This document shows positions 1 through 9,475 of a stretch of DNA of 64,000 nucleotides, one piece after another. Origin of the DNA: a virus. The notes under the pieces were generated by a model. That model had not been told where the DNA came from and ran no database searches. It saw only the letters and a list, made by a program, of their open reading frames with translations. Position 1 is the stretch's first letter, and the number at the start of each line of letters is the position of its first letter. The position numbers and the translations under genes were made by a program. The stretch lies in IMG/VR virus record IMGVR_UViG_3300050821_003948, positions 3,253-67,252 of that record. The stretch is one strand, 5' to 3'.

Positions 1-148
1 TGCGCTTCGCACGACCACCGCGCTTACGCTCATCGCCCCTGGCGTAATCTTCCTTGCCTTCGGCTTCCTTGATGACATCGGGATTCCCCGAAGCAACCAG
101 ACCCGTCCGGCCGCCTTTGGCTCTCTGCAAACGACGTGAACCGCTCAT
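1..148 (-). CDS. Partial small basic virion protein with xxGG repeats (runs off window start)
   Basis: Manual translation MSGSRRLQRAKGGRTG...ERKRGGRAKR; AAGGA SD upstream. Confidence 0.6.
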   Translation of the reverse strand, partial: MSGSRRLQRAKGGRTGLVASGNPDVIKEAEGKEDYARGDERKRGGRAKR

Positions 149-166
149 GACGACAGCCTTTCCTTA

Positions 167-1453
167 TCAGGTCGTGGATTGCGCAACGCCGAACATCGGC
201 GCGGTATTGTTAGGATTGGTGAATAGAACATTCCACACGCCAAGGTCTTGCAGGATAGCCAGCCGCGAGGTTCCATTCGCCGAAAGCGTTCCCGTGACCG
301 CCGTTCCCCTCCCAGCGGCACCGACTTGTACAGTCCCGCGAACGTCCCCCGTGGTATTCGTCGATGGAGTCGTCGTAACCGCAGTCGAGAATCCAACGGA
401 ATTCGCAGACGCCGTTCCGGCCCAATAAATTTCCGTCTGCTCCCATTCGTCGGCGCGCAAAGGCATCCCGAACGTATCACCAATCCCAACGCTATAGGAA
501 TTACCGCCCGTCGAAGCACTGGTGGGGGTCACCGACTGGAGAAACTTGTAAGCTTTCTGACCATAAGTGGTCGTTGCGGAGGTGGTCGCTGGCGACGTGA
601 TAAGTTCTGTCGTGAGCATATGCCACAAATCAAAGCCAACAACGAGAAAGTTCACCGCAGTCGCAACACCGCCTGTCTGTAATGTGACCGAAACATTCCG
701 CGTGACCTGCTCCGCAGGATTATGAATCCGCAGCACGCCCGCCTGAATGTCAGGCGTTACCTGTGTCGGAGAAGACACCCCAGGACCAAATTGCGTCGGC
801 GATGGTAGAAGTCCGGCACCCCAAAGATTGGCCTGCCCAATCGGCGCCGAAGAACCCGATGCCGGCGGCACCGGAAGAACCGTAATGCCGGTCGTATTTG
901 CGGTCGCAATCGTCTGAACCTGCGTCAAGAAGCTTGACGTGTTCGACAAAGCACCACCACCAATAACAATCCACTGTCCGACCGTGAACTTCGTATTATC
1001 GAACACACTCATCGTCGAGGAGTTTGCCGTCGCGGTCCCTGTGGAAAATCCGAAATCAAGAGCAAGAACGCTCGTAACAGTCGTCGTTCCAGCCGCAATA
1101 AACGGAACACCAACCGCGATGAAAGGAGACCCCGCATTCGGATTCGACGGCTGAGTCGTCGCAAGCGACATCGCCACATTGGCCGTCGCAACCTGCACCG
1201 TCGCAATTGCCGTGGCATTGGTCGCCTGCGGTTTGTTGTCCACGCACCAATACGTGCCGTTCGCCAGAAACGCGGCCGCGCGGCCAGGCATCAAACCTTC
1301 GGCCGGATAAGGCACACCACGTGGATCAAGCAGCGAATAGCCCTGATATGCGCCGCTCGGACCGTCGAACGTGCCGATGGTCGCCGCCGTTCCGGATTCG
1401 ACAAGCAAAGAACCCGCGCTGACGATTGGGCCTTTGAAGGTGGTGTCACCCAT
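167..1453 (-). CDS. Phage structural protein (Thr/Ala/Gly-rich, beta-rich)
   Basis: 428 aa ORF directly downstream of the major capsid gene; GGAGA SD. Confidence 0.65.
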   Translation of the reverse strand: MGDTTFKGPIVSAGSLLVESGTAATIGTFDGPSGAYQGYSLLDPRGVPYPAEGLMPGRAAAFLANGTYWCVDNKPQATNATAIATVQVATANVAMSLATTQPSNPNAGSPFIAVGVPFIAAGTTTVTSVLALDFGFSTGTATANSSTMSVFDNTKFTVGQWIVIGGGALSNTSSFLTQVQTIATANTTGITVLPVPPASGSSAPIGQANLWGAGLLPSPTQFGPGVSSPTQVTPDIQAGVLRIHNPAEQVTRNVSVTLQTGGVATAVNFLVVGFDLWHMLTTELITSPATTSATTTYGQKAYKFLQSVTPTSASTGGNSYSVGIGDTFGMPLRADEWEQTEIYWAGTASANSVGFSTAVTTTPSTNTTGDVRGTVQVGAAGRGTAVTGTLSANGTSRLAILQDLGVWNVLFTNPNNTAPMFGVAQSTT

Positions 1454-1488
1454 TTTTCATTCTCCGACTTTCGTATGGCGACACTTCG

Positions 1489-2403
1489 TTAAGAGGTGGG
1501 GAATTCGCCCCACGCTGCGCGGGGATCGTTATAGCCAAACGAATATCTCTCATAGCTTTTTACGAGGAGGTTGTCCGTGACGTTGTCCACCCACATATCA
1601 GACTCATACGGAATCCGCAGCATGTGAATCAGCCCCTCGATATTCGTCGTGAGGAACCAAGCGAAGTTGGACGTGAGGAAGTCCAACACGATGAATCCCT
1701 CTGGCAGACCGCCGGACAGCGTGAGGATGGCGTTCACGTCGTTATCGGCGGTGCCAGGGCGCAATTCCGTCTTGGTGAGGCGGATCGCGATGGGTTCGAG
1801 GTTCGGCGGAACAACAAGACGCCTTGCACGGGAGAGAATACGAAGGCCGCGCTCGTTGACGAACTGGGTTCTGACGTTCGTCATATCGGCAAGCAGCGTC
1901 GATTCGTTCAAACTCTTTGGCGTGGTTGAAGTGTTTGCCCACGTGCCTCCATCGTAAGGATGCACGGCAGAGAATAGCGCAACACCATCACCAATGATGG
2001 AATTCTGGTACGTGGTGCCGAGATTGAGGATGTTGGCACCCTGGATTTCCTTGAACTGCGCGAAGGCTTCTTGCAGTTTCAGGTTGGTCGGATTGAATTG
2101 CGCCTTATAGAGACTGTCGTCGATGGCTTTTCGGGTAATCGCATAGCCGAGCGCGACTTCCAGATGCACGAACGCCCAAGTGAATCTTTCACCGGCGTTG
2201 TTGTCGAATTGAGTCGCGGCACCTTCGTCTTTCAGATAAGGCAGTGCGACGAACGCCATCTGCGTCGAGCGCTCGACCGCCATGTTCGACTTGTGGGTCG
2301 TGAAGACCTTGTCCCACTGTCTGGGAATCATGTCGTATGATCCCCGAACGTCGAAGAGTCCGGGCAGGAGTTCGGAGCGGATATTAGCAAGTGCGACGGG
2401 CAT
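1489..2403 (-). CDS. Major capsid protein (HK97 fold, Mu gpT-like family)
   Basis: 304 aa; LLPGL N-terminus, GDGVALFSAVHP, LVVPPNL and ERYSFG..DPR motifs typical of this capsid family. Confidence 0.88.
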   Translation of the reverse strand: MPVALANIRSELLPGLFDVRGSYDMIPRQWDKVFTTHKSNMAVERSTQMAFVALPYLKDEGAATQFDNNAGERFTWAFVHLEVALGYAITRKAIDDSLYKAQFNPTNLKLQEAFAQFKEIQGANILNLGTTYQNSIIGDGVALFSAVHPYDGGTWANTSTTPKSLNESTLLADMTNVRTQFVNERGLRILSRARRLVVPPNLEPIAIRLTKTELRPGTADNDVNAILTLSGGLPEGFIVLDFLTSNFAWFLTTNIEGLIHMLRIPYESDMWVDNVTDNLLVKSYERYSFGYNDPRAAWGEFPTS

Positions 2404-2414
2404 TTATCTGCTCC

Positions 2415-2978
2415 TTATGAGATAACGGCCCAGAGGGCCTTGGACATTTTTCGGAATGAAACAGCTTTGGCTGAACCGACGCCGACGCTGCTCTTGCTCG
2501 GGTTCGACCCGTCGTTGACGGGGCTCAGGCCGATTGCTTCGTCCTTATTTGGATAGACCGCCACATCCATTCCCGTTGATTCGGGATTGCGATGGACTTC
2601 GACCACGTCGAGATCGGTTGCGTCCTTCGGTAGGAAGATGGCGTTCCAGTTGCTGCCATGCGCCGAACCTTTGGTGGTCACCATGACGACTGTGAGTTCA
2701 CCAGTTCGTTTGATCTGGTCGGATTCCTCATCTTCGATCTCTTCCGCAGTCGGTTCTTTAGCCGCGTCTTTCTTCGGAGGAACACCGGCACCGATCGGCG
2801 TTTCTTTTGGTTCGACCACCACAAAGGCGGTTTTCGGCTTTTCGGGTTCGGATGGCGCCTCGTCGGGCATCACAGGGGGTGCGATGGTTTCTGCCGCAGG
2901 AGGCTGCGGAGGCGTGAACGGATTGACCGCGGGAGAAGGCGAAGCCGCCGTAAGGTCGGGAGCGAGAGTTTCAGCCAT
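2415..2978 (-). CDS. Hypothetical head-module protein with Pro-rich N-terminus
   Basis: ORF between decoration and capsid genes; SD present. Confidence 0.55.
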   Translation of the reverse strand: MAETLAPDLTAASPSPAVNPFTPPQPPAAETIAPPVMPDEAPSEPEKPKTAFVVVEPKETPIGAGVPPKKDAAKEPTAEEIEDEESDQIKRTGELTVVMVTTKGSAHGSNWNAIFLPKDATDLDVVEVHRNPESTGMDVAVYPNKDEAIGLSPVNDGSNPSKSSVGVGSAKAVSFRKMSKALWAVIS

Positions 2979-2989
2979 TGTCGTTCCCC

Positions 2990-3595
2990 TTAGTTACCGA
3001 CGAACGAGCGGTTCAGTTGATAGTTGAAGGCGACGATGGCCCAGTTGTAATTGGTCGTCGGGTCAGAGCCATTTCCTACGCCGGGATAGAGACCAACGAT
3101 TCGGAACGGAAGCAGAGAGACCGTCGTGCCGGTCGTCGTCGCCGTCGATTGATCGATGGTTGCAATAGAAAAACCGCCACCTACCGTCGCACATTGGCCG
3201 GTCGTAAAATTGACCGCATTGCCGATGTTCGTTGAGAGAATTGCGGTTTGCAGCGCAGCCACCAGAAACTTGGCGTTCGGCGCGTCGATGACATAGGCCG
3301 TTGCGTTCTGCGCGACCGATCCGGGAAAGTATGGCGACCACTGCGGCGCACCACCGCCGGAAGGGATATACTCACAACCCTGAAAGATACCGATGATCGG
3401 AGAGGTCGTTGCCAGAGCCCCCGTGGCCTGGATGATGAAGGCCGATGTGGCGTTTGCGGCAATGACAGGATCGCCGAATCCAATTTGCGTCGCGTTGGTC
3501 GATTGGATCGCGTAGCTGGAAAGCTGGTAGTCGGGAGCACCGCCAGACAAATAGCCCTGGTGCTTAAAGCCAAACTGCGCTTGCGTGTTTGCCAC
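2990..3595 (-). CDS. Capsid decoration/minor head protein
   Basis: MANT..FGF start, GDPV and GIFQGCEY motifs; position upstream of the major capsid gene. Confidence 0.7.
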   Translation of the reverse strand: MANTQAQFGFKHQGYLSGGAPDYQLSSYAIQSTNATQIGFGDPVIAANATSAFIIQATGALATTSPIIGIFQGCEYIPSGGGAPQWSPYFPGSVAQNATAYVIDAPNAKFLVAALQTAILSTNIGNAVNFTTGQCATVGGGFSIATIDQSTATTTGTTVSLLPFRIVGLYPGVGNGSDPTTNYNWAIVAFNYQLNRSFVGN

Positions 3596-3625
3596 GGCAG
3601 GACTCCGAGCGGGGTTTTTGACCCG

Positions 3626-3721
3626 ACTCGGCAGGCGCTGCCTGAGTGTGGGAGGGTGGAACCAAACCGGCGCGGCTTGGTCAGATTGAGAGGATTAATC
3701 CCCCAGCGCGGGGGATGCCTC
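3626..3721 (-). promoter_or_regulatory. Three tandem hairpins with GCGC(C/U) loops in the capsid-operon leader
   Basis: Minus strand: gaggcatccccc-GCGCT-gggggattaatcctc; accaagcc-GCGCC-ggtttggt; actcaggca-GCGCC-tgccgagt. Confidence 0.6.
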
Positions 3722-3796
3722 TTTGAATGTCTGGTATGTTGAATCTATTTTTGGGAAGGCGTCAAGGGATTATTTTCGGGGAAGGTGTGGAAAAGT

Positions 3797-3830
3797 TTTT
3801 TGACTCATTAGAGCATAGCGCGAGCGGTCA
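3797..3830 (+). repeat. Bipartite site, subfamily E
   Basis: ttttgactcattagagcatagcgcgagcggtca; matches the reverse complement of 24862-24889 (ttttgggtcattagaatccgcgcgagcg). Confidence 0.6.
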
Positions 3831-3924
3831 AGCCCTCAGGGTTACAGCGGCACGTTAGCAATTTGCGCAGATGGATGGCGTCTTCATCCGGTCAGGCGGA
3901 ATCGGCGGAACGCGGCTTTCGCGT

Positions 3925-4143
3925 TTAGAGACGGGGAAAGTGCATCGAGCCGCCACCCCCTGCGAGCAGCGATAGCGCACCGATGATGCAGAGCAACAAG
4001 ACGATGAACCAAATGCCTTGTTCGAGGCGCGCGGGAATTGGCGTGACGAAGGTTTTGATGCCGTAGAGTACCAACCAAATGACACCAGCGAGACAAATAA
4101 TTCCGATAAGCAACCACAAAATAGAAATTGCGAGTTCAACCAT
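3925..4143 (-). CDS. Small two-TM membrane protein
   Basis: 72 aa, two hydrophobic segments, AGGAGG SD. Confidence 0.65.
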   Translation of the reverse strand: MVELAISILWLLIGIICLAGVIWLVLYGIKTFVTPIPARLEQGIWFIVLLLCIIGALSLLAGGGGSMHFPRL

Positions 4144-4276
4144 GACAGCCTCCTATGGGGCTATGACCAAACGCGCCAAATCCAATCTTGTTCCATCCAG
4201 AGACTGACGGCGGTTGCGCGGAAGAATTGAGCGCGGCGCCACGAAGCGCCGTTGCGGTATCTGGTGCGGCGGTCGT

Positions 4277-4936
4277 TCACGCCATCTGCCTTTGCTGCCG
4301 CGGCCAATGACGTTCGGCAGGATTACCAACAACAGTCTGACCCGCAGGAACATCTTTCGTCACGACTGCCCCGGCACCGACCGTGGCACCTTCGCCAACC
4401 TTCACAGCCATCACGGTCGCATTTGCTCCTATGGTCGCGTAGCGCCCCACGTGAACGCCGCCTAATACACAAGCGCCCGCCATAACGGTCACTCCATCTT
4501 CCAAAACACTTTCGTGCTCAACCATCGCAAGGGAGTGAATCATACACCAATCGCCTATAATGGTTTCGTCGCCGATCACAGAATTTCGAATGATTTGGAG
4601 ACCTCTGCCTATTTTTGATTCCTCGCAGATTGTTGCGCTTTGGTGGATGACAGGAACGGGTTCCATACCTAAGCGAAACAGTTGTTCGGAGAGTTCAGCC
4701 CGGCGCTTGCCGTTGCTGCCTATCGCCACTACAAAGTGAGTGCACGAATGTCGCGCTGCTCGCAGGGCAGACTCCATATCATGTAAGATTAAACAATCAC
4801 GCCAAGGCGGCGGCTTAGTTTCATCACTATCCCACACTACCGGAAATTCGTGCAGAGTTCCGACGTACGGTTCGTCTTGCAGAATCCGCCGACAGATGCG
4901 CGCGTGAGACTTAGCGCCGACGAAGAAGATTTTCAT
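4277..4936 (-). CDS. NeuD/PglD-family sugar acetyltransferase (hexapeptide repeats)
   Basis: VVAIG, VIHQSA, left-handed beta-helix repeats, VGAGAVVTKDVP..VVGNPA. Confidence 0.88.
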   Translation of the reverse strand: MKIFFVGAKSHARICRRILQDEPYVGTLHEFPVVWDSDETKPPPWRDCLILHDMESALRAARHSCTHFVVAIGSNGKRRAELSEQLFRLGMEPVPVIHQSATICEESKIGRGLQIIRNSVIGDETIIGDWCMIHSLAMVEHESVLEDGVTVMAGACVLGGVHVGRYATIGANATVMAVKVGEGATVGAGAVVTKDVPAGQTVVGNPAERHWPRQQRQMA

Positions 4937-5048
4937 TTAGAATTCCACTCTTCCTTTTTCGGCTGGGCAATATTTGCACTTATACGGGCGGTAGCAGTAA
5001 GCGCTTTTCCAAACCCACTTGTGCCAACCGAGATAACAGAGAATTTTT

Positions 5049-5567
5049 CTAAACACAGCGCAACCCATCCACCCACGCCGCAAGCTCACTCTCCTGCGGC
5101 GCCCACGGCGGAATCTCCATGTTTTTTCCCGCGACGAACGGCCCGTTCGTTGTTTCGTGAACTACCACAACATCATCGACCGGGATCACGGTGTGCCATA
5201 GAGGCGCGGCCATGCGGAAAACATGTGCGAGATCAAGCGGCGCTGAATCCCTTCCCCAATGGCGCGGTTGATCGAACGCGCGCAATTTCACACGCCGTGT
5301 TACATTTCCAACGTCATCGAAAATTATAACTTCAACACGTCCGCGAATGACGTGCATCGACTCGCTCTTGCCCACATGCCGGTGCGGCATATTCAGCGAG
5401 TCTTTGCGGAACGCGATAATCATTTCGTGCAGAAGATCGTCGTCGCTATTGTGCAGGTTGAGCCTGGCGCGGCGCTTGGGTTCGGTTCCAGATGCTTCGA
5501 TCAGCATATCGATTGTGGCGTCGTCCACTTCGATTACGGGACCGATGTTGCGGAATACGGCGGTCAT
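5049..5567 (-). CDS. WbuC-family cupin-fold metalloprotein
   Basis: RRARLNLH, PHRH..K.ES, WHT, HETTNGPF. Confidence 0.85.
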   Translation of the reverse strand: MTAVFRNIGPVIEVDDATIDMLIEASGTEPKRRARLNLHNSDDDLLHEMIIAFRKDSLNMPHRHVGKSESMHVIRGRVEVIIFDDVGNVTRRVKLRAFDQPRHWGRDSAPLDLAHVFRMAAPLWHTVIPVDDVVVVHETTNGPFVAGKNMEIPPWAPQESELAAWVDGLRCV

Positions 5568-6700
5568 CGATAAAAATCCGCAATGCTATTGACGATGTGC
5601 CACATCTGGCCATCCGTCAGTTTCTCGTGAATCGGAATGCACAGCACGCGGCTCATGAGATATTTCGCGTGCGACCACGTCCCGCGAGCGTGTTGCTTAT
5701 ACAGCGGCTGTTCCGGCATCAAGAACGGATGCTGAATCTTGGTTTCAATTCCTCTCTGAGAGAGAAAATTTTTCAGTTTGTCGCGCTGATCGCACTGGAT
5801 CGTATAGGTGTAATACGCCAGTTTTTCGTGGCCCCATTGCTTCGGCGTATCGACGATACCTTTGAGGCGCATATCGAAGAACAATGCGATCTTGCGGCGC
5901 GTATCCAGGAGTTTGTTAAAGCCTGCGAGGCGAACCAAAAGCATTGCCGCCTGGATCGTATCGAGGCGATGATTTCCTGAGAGGCTGTGGCAGACCTCCT
6001 TGTTCTTCACGCCTTGATAGCGCAGCGAATCCAGACGTTCGTAAACATCCTTGTCGTCCGTGACGATCATCCCCGCTTCGCCAAGTGCCGCGAGCGTCTT
6101 CATCGGGTTCATGCTGAAACACGCCACGTCGGCTCTAGCGCCCGGCTGCATATCGTTGAACGAGGCGCCGAAGGCTTGGGACGCGTCTTCGATGACTTTC
6201 AGTTTGTGGGTCTTCGCGATCATCGCGATATGATCGATGGCACACATGCGCCCGGCCCAATGCACCGGCATGAGGGCTTTGGTGTTGGGCGTGATGAGGT
6301 GTCTGATTTCTGTCGGATCGATATTCAGGTCGTCGCCGATGTCGCAAAAGACAGGCTCTGCGCCGACCATCTTGACCGCGTTGGCTGTTGCGACGAACGA
6401 CAGGGCCGGGACTATGACTTCGTCGCCTTTGCCAATGTTGAGCGCGCGGAGTGCCAATACGAGGGCATCTGTGCCGGAACTTACACCGACTGCGTATTTC
6501 CGTTCAAGCCTTGCGGCCATCGCCATTTCGAGGGCATGGACTTCGGGGCCGTTGACGAGGCGTCCGTGTTTGAGGACGATTTCGACGGCGTGAAGTAGTT
6601 CGGCGCGCTCGTCCTCTGGAACGCGCAAGTCGAGAAACGGCACGTCAAGGATTGTTGACGAGTTTGTGTCAGGTGAGGGGAGCGTGGCTGTGAGGGTCAT
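5564..6700 (-). CDS. DegT/DnrJ/EryC1/StrS PLP-dependent sugar aminotransferase
   Basis: SSGTDAL, SFVAT, IEDASQA, SMNPMK (PLP lysine), GEAG, N.RLDTIQAA. Confidence 0.93.
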   Translation of the reverse strand: MTLTATLPSPDTNSSTILDVPFLDLRVPEDERAELLHAVEIVLKHGRLVNGPEVHALEMAMAARLERKYAVGVSSGTDALVLALRALNIGKGDEVIVPALSFVATANAVKMVGAEPVFCDIGDDLNIDPTEIRHLITPNTKALMPVHWAGRMCAIDHIAMIAKTHKLKVIEDASQAFGASFNDMQPGARADVACFSMNPMKTLAALGEAGMIVTDDKDVYERLDSLRYQGVKNKEVCHSLSGNHRLDTIQAAMLLVRLAGFNKLLDTRRKIALFFDMRLKGIVDTPKQWGHEKLAYYTYTIQCDQRDKLKNFLSQRGIETKIQHPFLMPEQPLYKQHARGTWSHAKYLMSRVLCIPIHEKLTDGQMWHIVNSIADFYR

Positions 6701-6709
6701 CGGTCACCG

Positions 6710-7525
6710 TCACTCTGCGGCTACCAGTTTCAAGCCCTCAGGGTGCAGAGCTTTTGCTGCCTCTTCAACCGCCGCAATCTGCTGTGCCTCCACATGCCGC
6801 GCTAACGCCGCTTGCTGTTCCGCCTGCGCCTGCTGCTGCGTAACATGGTCCAGATAGCACGCACCGTAATCGTAAGGCCCAACGTGCGAGATTCGATACC
6901 CGACCGCCGCCCACACTTGACCGCCACACTGCCGCCAGCGAATGCAGAATGACAAATCTTCGCTGACACATCCACGTTCAGGAATCACCATCTTGTCGAA
7001 CACGCGGATGAGGCGATTCGCGCCAGCCGATTGCAGGATTTTTGCATACGGCTGCATTCCGATTTTAACGTCCACAAGCTCGGGGAATTTCTGCAACATG
7101 ATCGAGACAACATCTCGACGGATCAGCGTCACACCCATGCCGACGCCCTCAACCTCCATGAAGTTGCCGCGCCGTTGTGTCATGGATTCGCCGGTTCCTG
7201 AGCCGGCCCACGATGTCGGGAGGTTGCGCTGCGGATAGATCGCCCCGACGATTGGTTCGTCGAAGTGCATCATGTCGAGAACCATTTCCGGGGCAAATCC
7301 CATGTCAGAATCGATGAACAACAAATACTGCACGTCCGGCATGGTGTCATACCAGATCGTCGTTGCCATCGAGCGCAGTTCTGCAATGTCGGGAAAAGAG
7401 AGAGTCGAGACCGAGCCCATGATGGATTTCTGCGCGAACGCCTGTTGCAAGGCGTGCGTGGTCATAAAGGTTGCCGCGGAAATGATTTGGCCGAAGCCGG
7501 GGACGAACATGAAGACTTTGCGCAT
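6710..7525 (-). CDS. Phage GT-A-like glycosyltransferase
   Basis: LLFIDSD (DxD), VGMGVTLIRR, SEDLSFC.RW..GG..W. Confidence 0.75.
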   Translation of the reverse strand: MRKVFMFVPGFGQIISAATFMTTHALQQAFAQKSIMGSVSTLSFPDIAELRSMATTIWYDTMPDVQYLLFIDSDMGFAPEMVLDMMHFDEPIVGAIYPQRNLPTSWAGSGTGESMTQRRGNFMEVEGVGMGVTLIRRDVVSIMLQKFPELVDVKIGMQPYAKILQSAGANRLIRVFDKMVIPERGCVSEDLSFCIRWRQCGGQVWAAVGYRISHVGPYDYGACYLDHVTQQQAQAEQQAALARHVEAQQIAAVEEAAKALHPEGLKLVAAE

Positions 7526-7539
7526 GGGGTTCTCAGGTT

Positions 7540-7589
7540 AGATTTGTCTCACGATAGTTTGTTAGTTTATACTACCGGACTCGGTCAAC
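7540..7589 (+). repeat. Bipartite site, subfamily A (long)
   Basis: agatttgtcTCACGATAG-N17-CCGGACTCGGTCAAC. Confidence 0.85.
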
Positions 7590-7941
7590 TTACCGCCTCA
7601 AATCCAATCTGGTCATAAGATATTTCCAACCAGCCGTCAGGGGCGTCGGTGGATGGCCATTTCGGATTCTTTACTTCTTCTAAAAGAAAACCACAACCAC
7701 TCCCTATTAAACCTGGGTTGTGAGGACCGCGCATATTAAGAGCGCGAATTGTATAAATTTCACCTACTTTCAGTTTGTTGTGTATTTGGAATTTCTGAGC
7801 AGGATGGTCAGGCAACTCAATATTGAGATACCCGCTCTTAATACACCTAACCTTTTGTCCGACGTTCCAATTACGATGGTTGACCGAGTCCGGTCCATCC
7901 GCGCGCGCAAGACTATCGTGACCAAAATCTTCCGCCATCAC
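7585..7941 (-). CDS. Hypothetical accessory protein bracketed by an inverted pair of A sites
   Basis: 118 aa, AT-richer than neighbours; N-terminus and stop codon both lie inside the flanking repeats. Confidence 0.6.
   Translation of the reverse strand: MMAEDFGHDSLARADGPDSVNHRNWNVGQKVRCIKSGYLNIELPDHPAQKFQIHNKLKVGEIYTIRALNMRGPHNPGLIGSGCGFLLEEVKNPKWPSTDAPDGWLEISYDQIGFEAVS
7879..7930 (-). repeat. Bipartite site, subfamily A (long)
   Basis: GTTGACCGAGTCCGG-N19-CTATCGTGACCaaaatct. Confidence 0.9.
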
Positions 7942-8852
7942 CCAAACGCCCTCGGCAACGCCACAATCGTACTCGGTGGCGCAAGCGCATCCTGAAACAT
8001 CTTCGCTTCGGGCTGACTCATCCCCGCCAGCATTTTCGGAATCATCGCCACGGCCTTTTCCTTGACCCGCAGATACCGCTCGTCCTTGAGCGAATTACCC
8101 ATGGTGTTTTCAAGACCGCGAGCCTGTCCGCGCACATTATCGTTGATCCATTTGGAGCGATATTCGACGCGGATACATTGCGTGCGCAGCATCGCCTTGT
8201 GCTGAGCATCTTCGGAAAGGTGTTCGATGAAAGTCATGGCCTCATCACGCCGTATTCTGACTGCGGCGTCGAACCACGTTGCCCACCAGCCCGGCTCGCG
8301 AAGCTCCTGCGTCACACCGATCTTGCGTTGATCGCTCCGAACATCGGCGTAAACGATTCGCCCGGTCATATGCCCGATATCGTCGATCCAATGATCGCAG
8401 AACCAATACGGGAAATATTCCGGGAGGATGTAGCCGAGTTTTTCCACCCACTTTGCCGTGGGGCACATGATGGATGAGAATGAGGCGTTCGACATATGGC
8501 CGTAGACCATGCCGATGCCGTCCGGAAAGAGTTGTGCGGCTTCAAGAATCTTGGAGTCATAGGCCTGCGTCACCACTGGATCGTCGTCGCCGCCGATCAT
8601 GTAAACGTCGGCGGGTTCGGACATGGCCCGATTCCACTTCTCCGCGATGGTGTCTTCGCGTTTCTTGATGTTTATGCGCACGCGCGGATCAATCTTGGTT
8701 TCCGTGAGTAAGCCGAGCGTCGCATAGTCGTCGGCATCGACTTGGAGAACCATTTCCGTATTGGGATGGGTCCAATTCGCAATGCACTGTCGAACCGTGG
8801 CAAGCATCTTTTGCGGGCGATTGCGCGTCGCCAAAGAAACCAACAACTTCAT
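7938..8852 (-). CDS. GT2-like glycosyltransferase
   Basis: SLATRNRP, VDADD, KWN, GGDDD, WFCDHW motifs. Confidence 0.72.
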   Translation of the reverse strand: MKLLVSLATRNRPQKMLATVRQCIANWTHPNTEMVLQVDADDYATLGLLTETKIDPRVRINIKKREDTIAEKWNRAMSEPADVYMIGGDDDPVVTQAYDSKILEAAQLFPDGIGMVYGHMSNASFSSIMCPTAKWVEKLGYILPEYFPYWFCDHWIDDIGHMTGRIVYADVRSDQRKIGVTQELREPGWWATWFDAAVRIRRDEAMTFIEHLSEDAQHKAMLRTQCIRVEYRSKWINDNVRGQARGLENTMGNSLKDERYLRVKEKAVAMIPKMLAGMSQPEAKMFQDALAPPSTIVALPRAFG

Positions 8853-8857
8853 GGGGC

Positions 8858-9475
8858 TTACTCGTCTGCGGCAGCGAGTTTGTGGGATGGCATCGGCACA
8901 TCCAGAGCAGGATCGATCGACATGCGCAAGTTGCCGCCTGTGCCGCGATATTTGCCGCCCATTTCGATACCATCGCGCATCGCCGCTTTCAGATTGGCTT
9001 TACCGCCCATCAATGATTCGTCGCGGTCCCGCATTTGCTGGATGGCGTTGCGCTGATCTTCGTCGCGGGCATCTTGGCACATTTCGGTCGGGCGCTCCAT
9101 GAGCATCTGATCGCGCACAATCACAGGGCCATCTTCGCCTTTCGGCAGGAAGAAACCGTCGTGGCGTTTTGCTGGAACGGGGCGCCAGCCGTTCTGAAAA
9201 AATTCGATGTTTTGTGAGCGTACCACTTCCTTGTTGCCCACGGCGGCGGTTGCGCACCACTGATATTCCCAACCTTGGGGTGGGAAGTTCTTCGGAACAA
9301 AGAAAGGATCGAGGCCGCTTTTACGCGTGCGGCTCAGTTCCTCGCCGTCACGTCCTTGATAGGTGCGGGGGCCGCTGCGGACCGCGTCACGCGGCTGATT
9401 GCGACTGCCGCGCGGGCGCCCACGGCGTGCTGGCGTGCTGTCGTCCAGCATGTCGGCTTCGGGTTCTTCATTCAT
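8858..9475 (-). CDS. Conserved phage head-module protein (start reassigned to MNEEPE)
   Basis: PQGWEYQW..GWRPVP..LMERP; AGGAG SD before the ATG at 9475. Confidence 0.65.
   Translation of the reverse strand: MNEEPEADMLDDSTPARRGRPRGSRNQPRDAVRSGPRTYQGRDGEELSRTRKSGLDPFFVPKNFPPQGWEYQWCATAAVGNKEVVRSQNIEFFQNGWRPVPAKRHDGFFLPKGEDGPVIVRDQMLMERPTEMCQDARDEDQRNAIQQMRDRDESLMGGKANLKAAMRDGIEMGGKYRGTGGNLRMSIDPALDVPMPSHKLAAADE

Noticed and set aside
6694-6709. GGGTCA-TCGGTCACC, resembling a collapsed A site at a gene junction
   Set aside because: Half of it is the ATG-ACC-C start of the aminotransferase, so a chance match is plausible.
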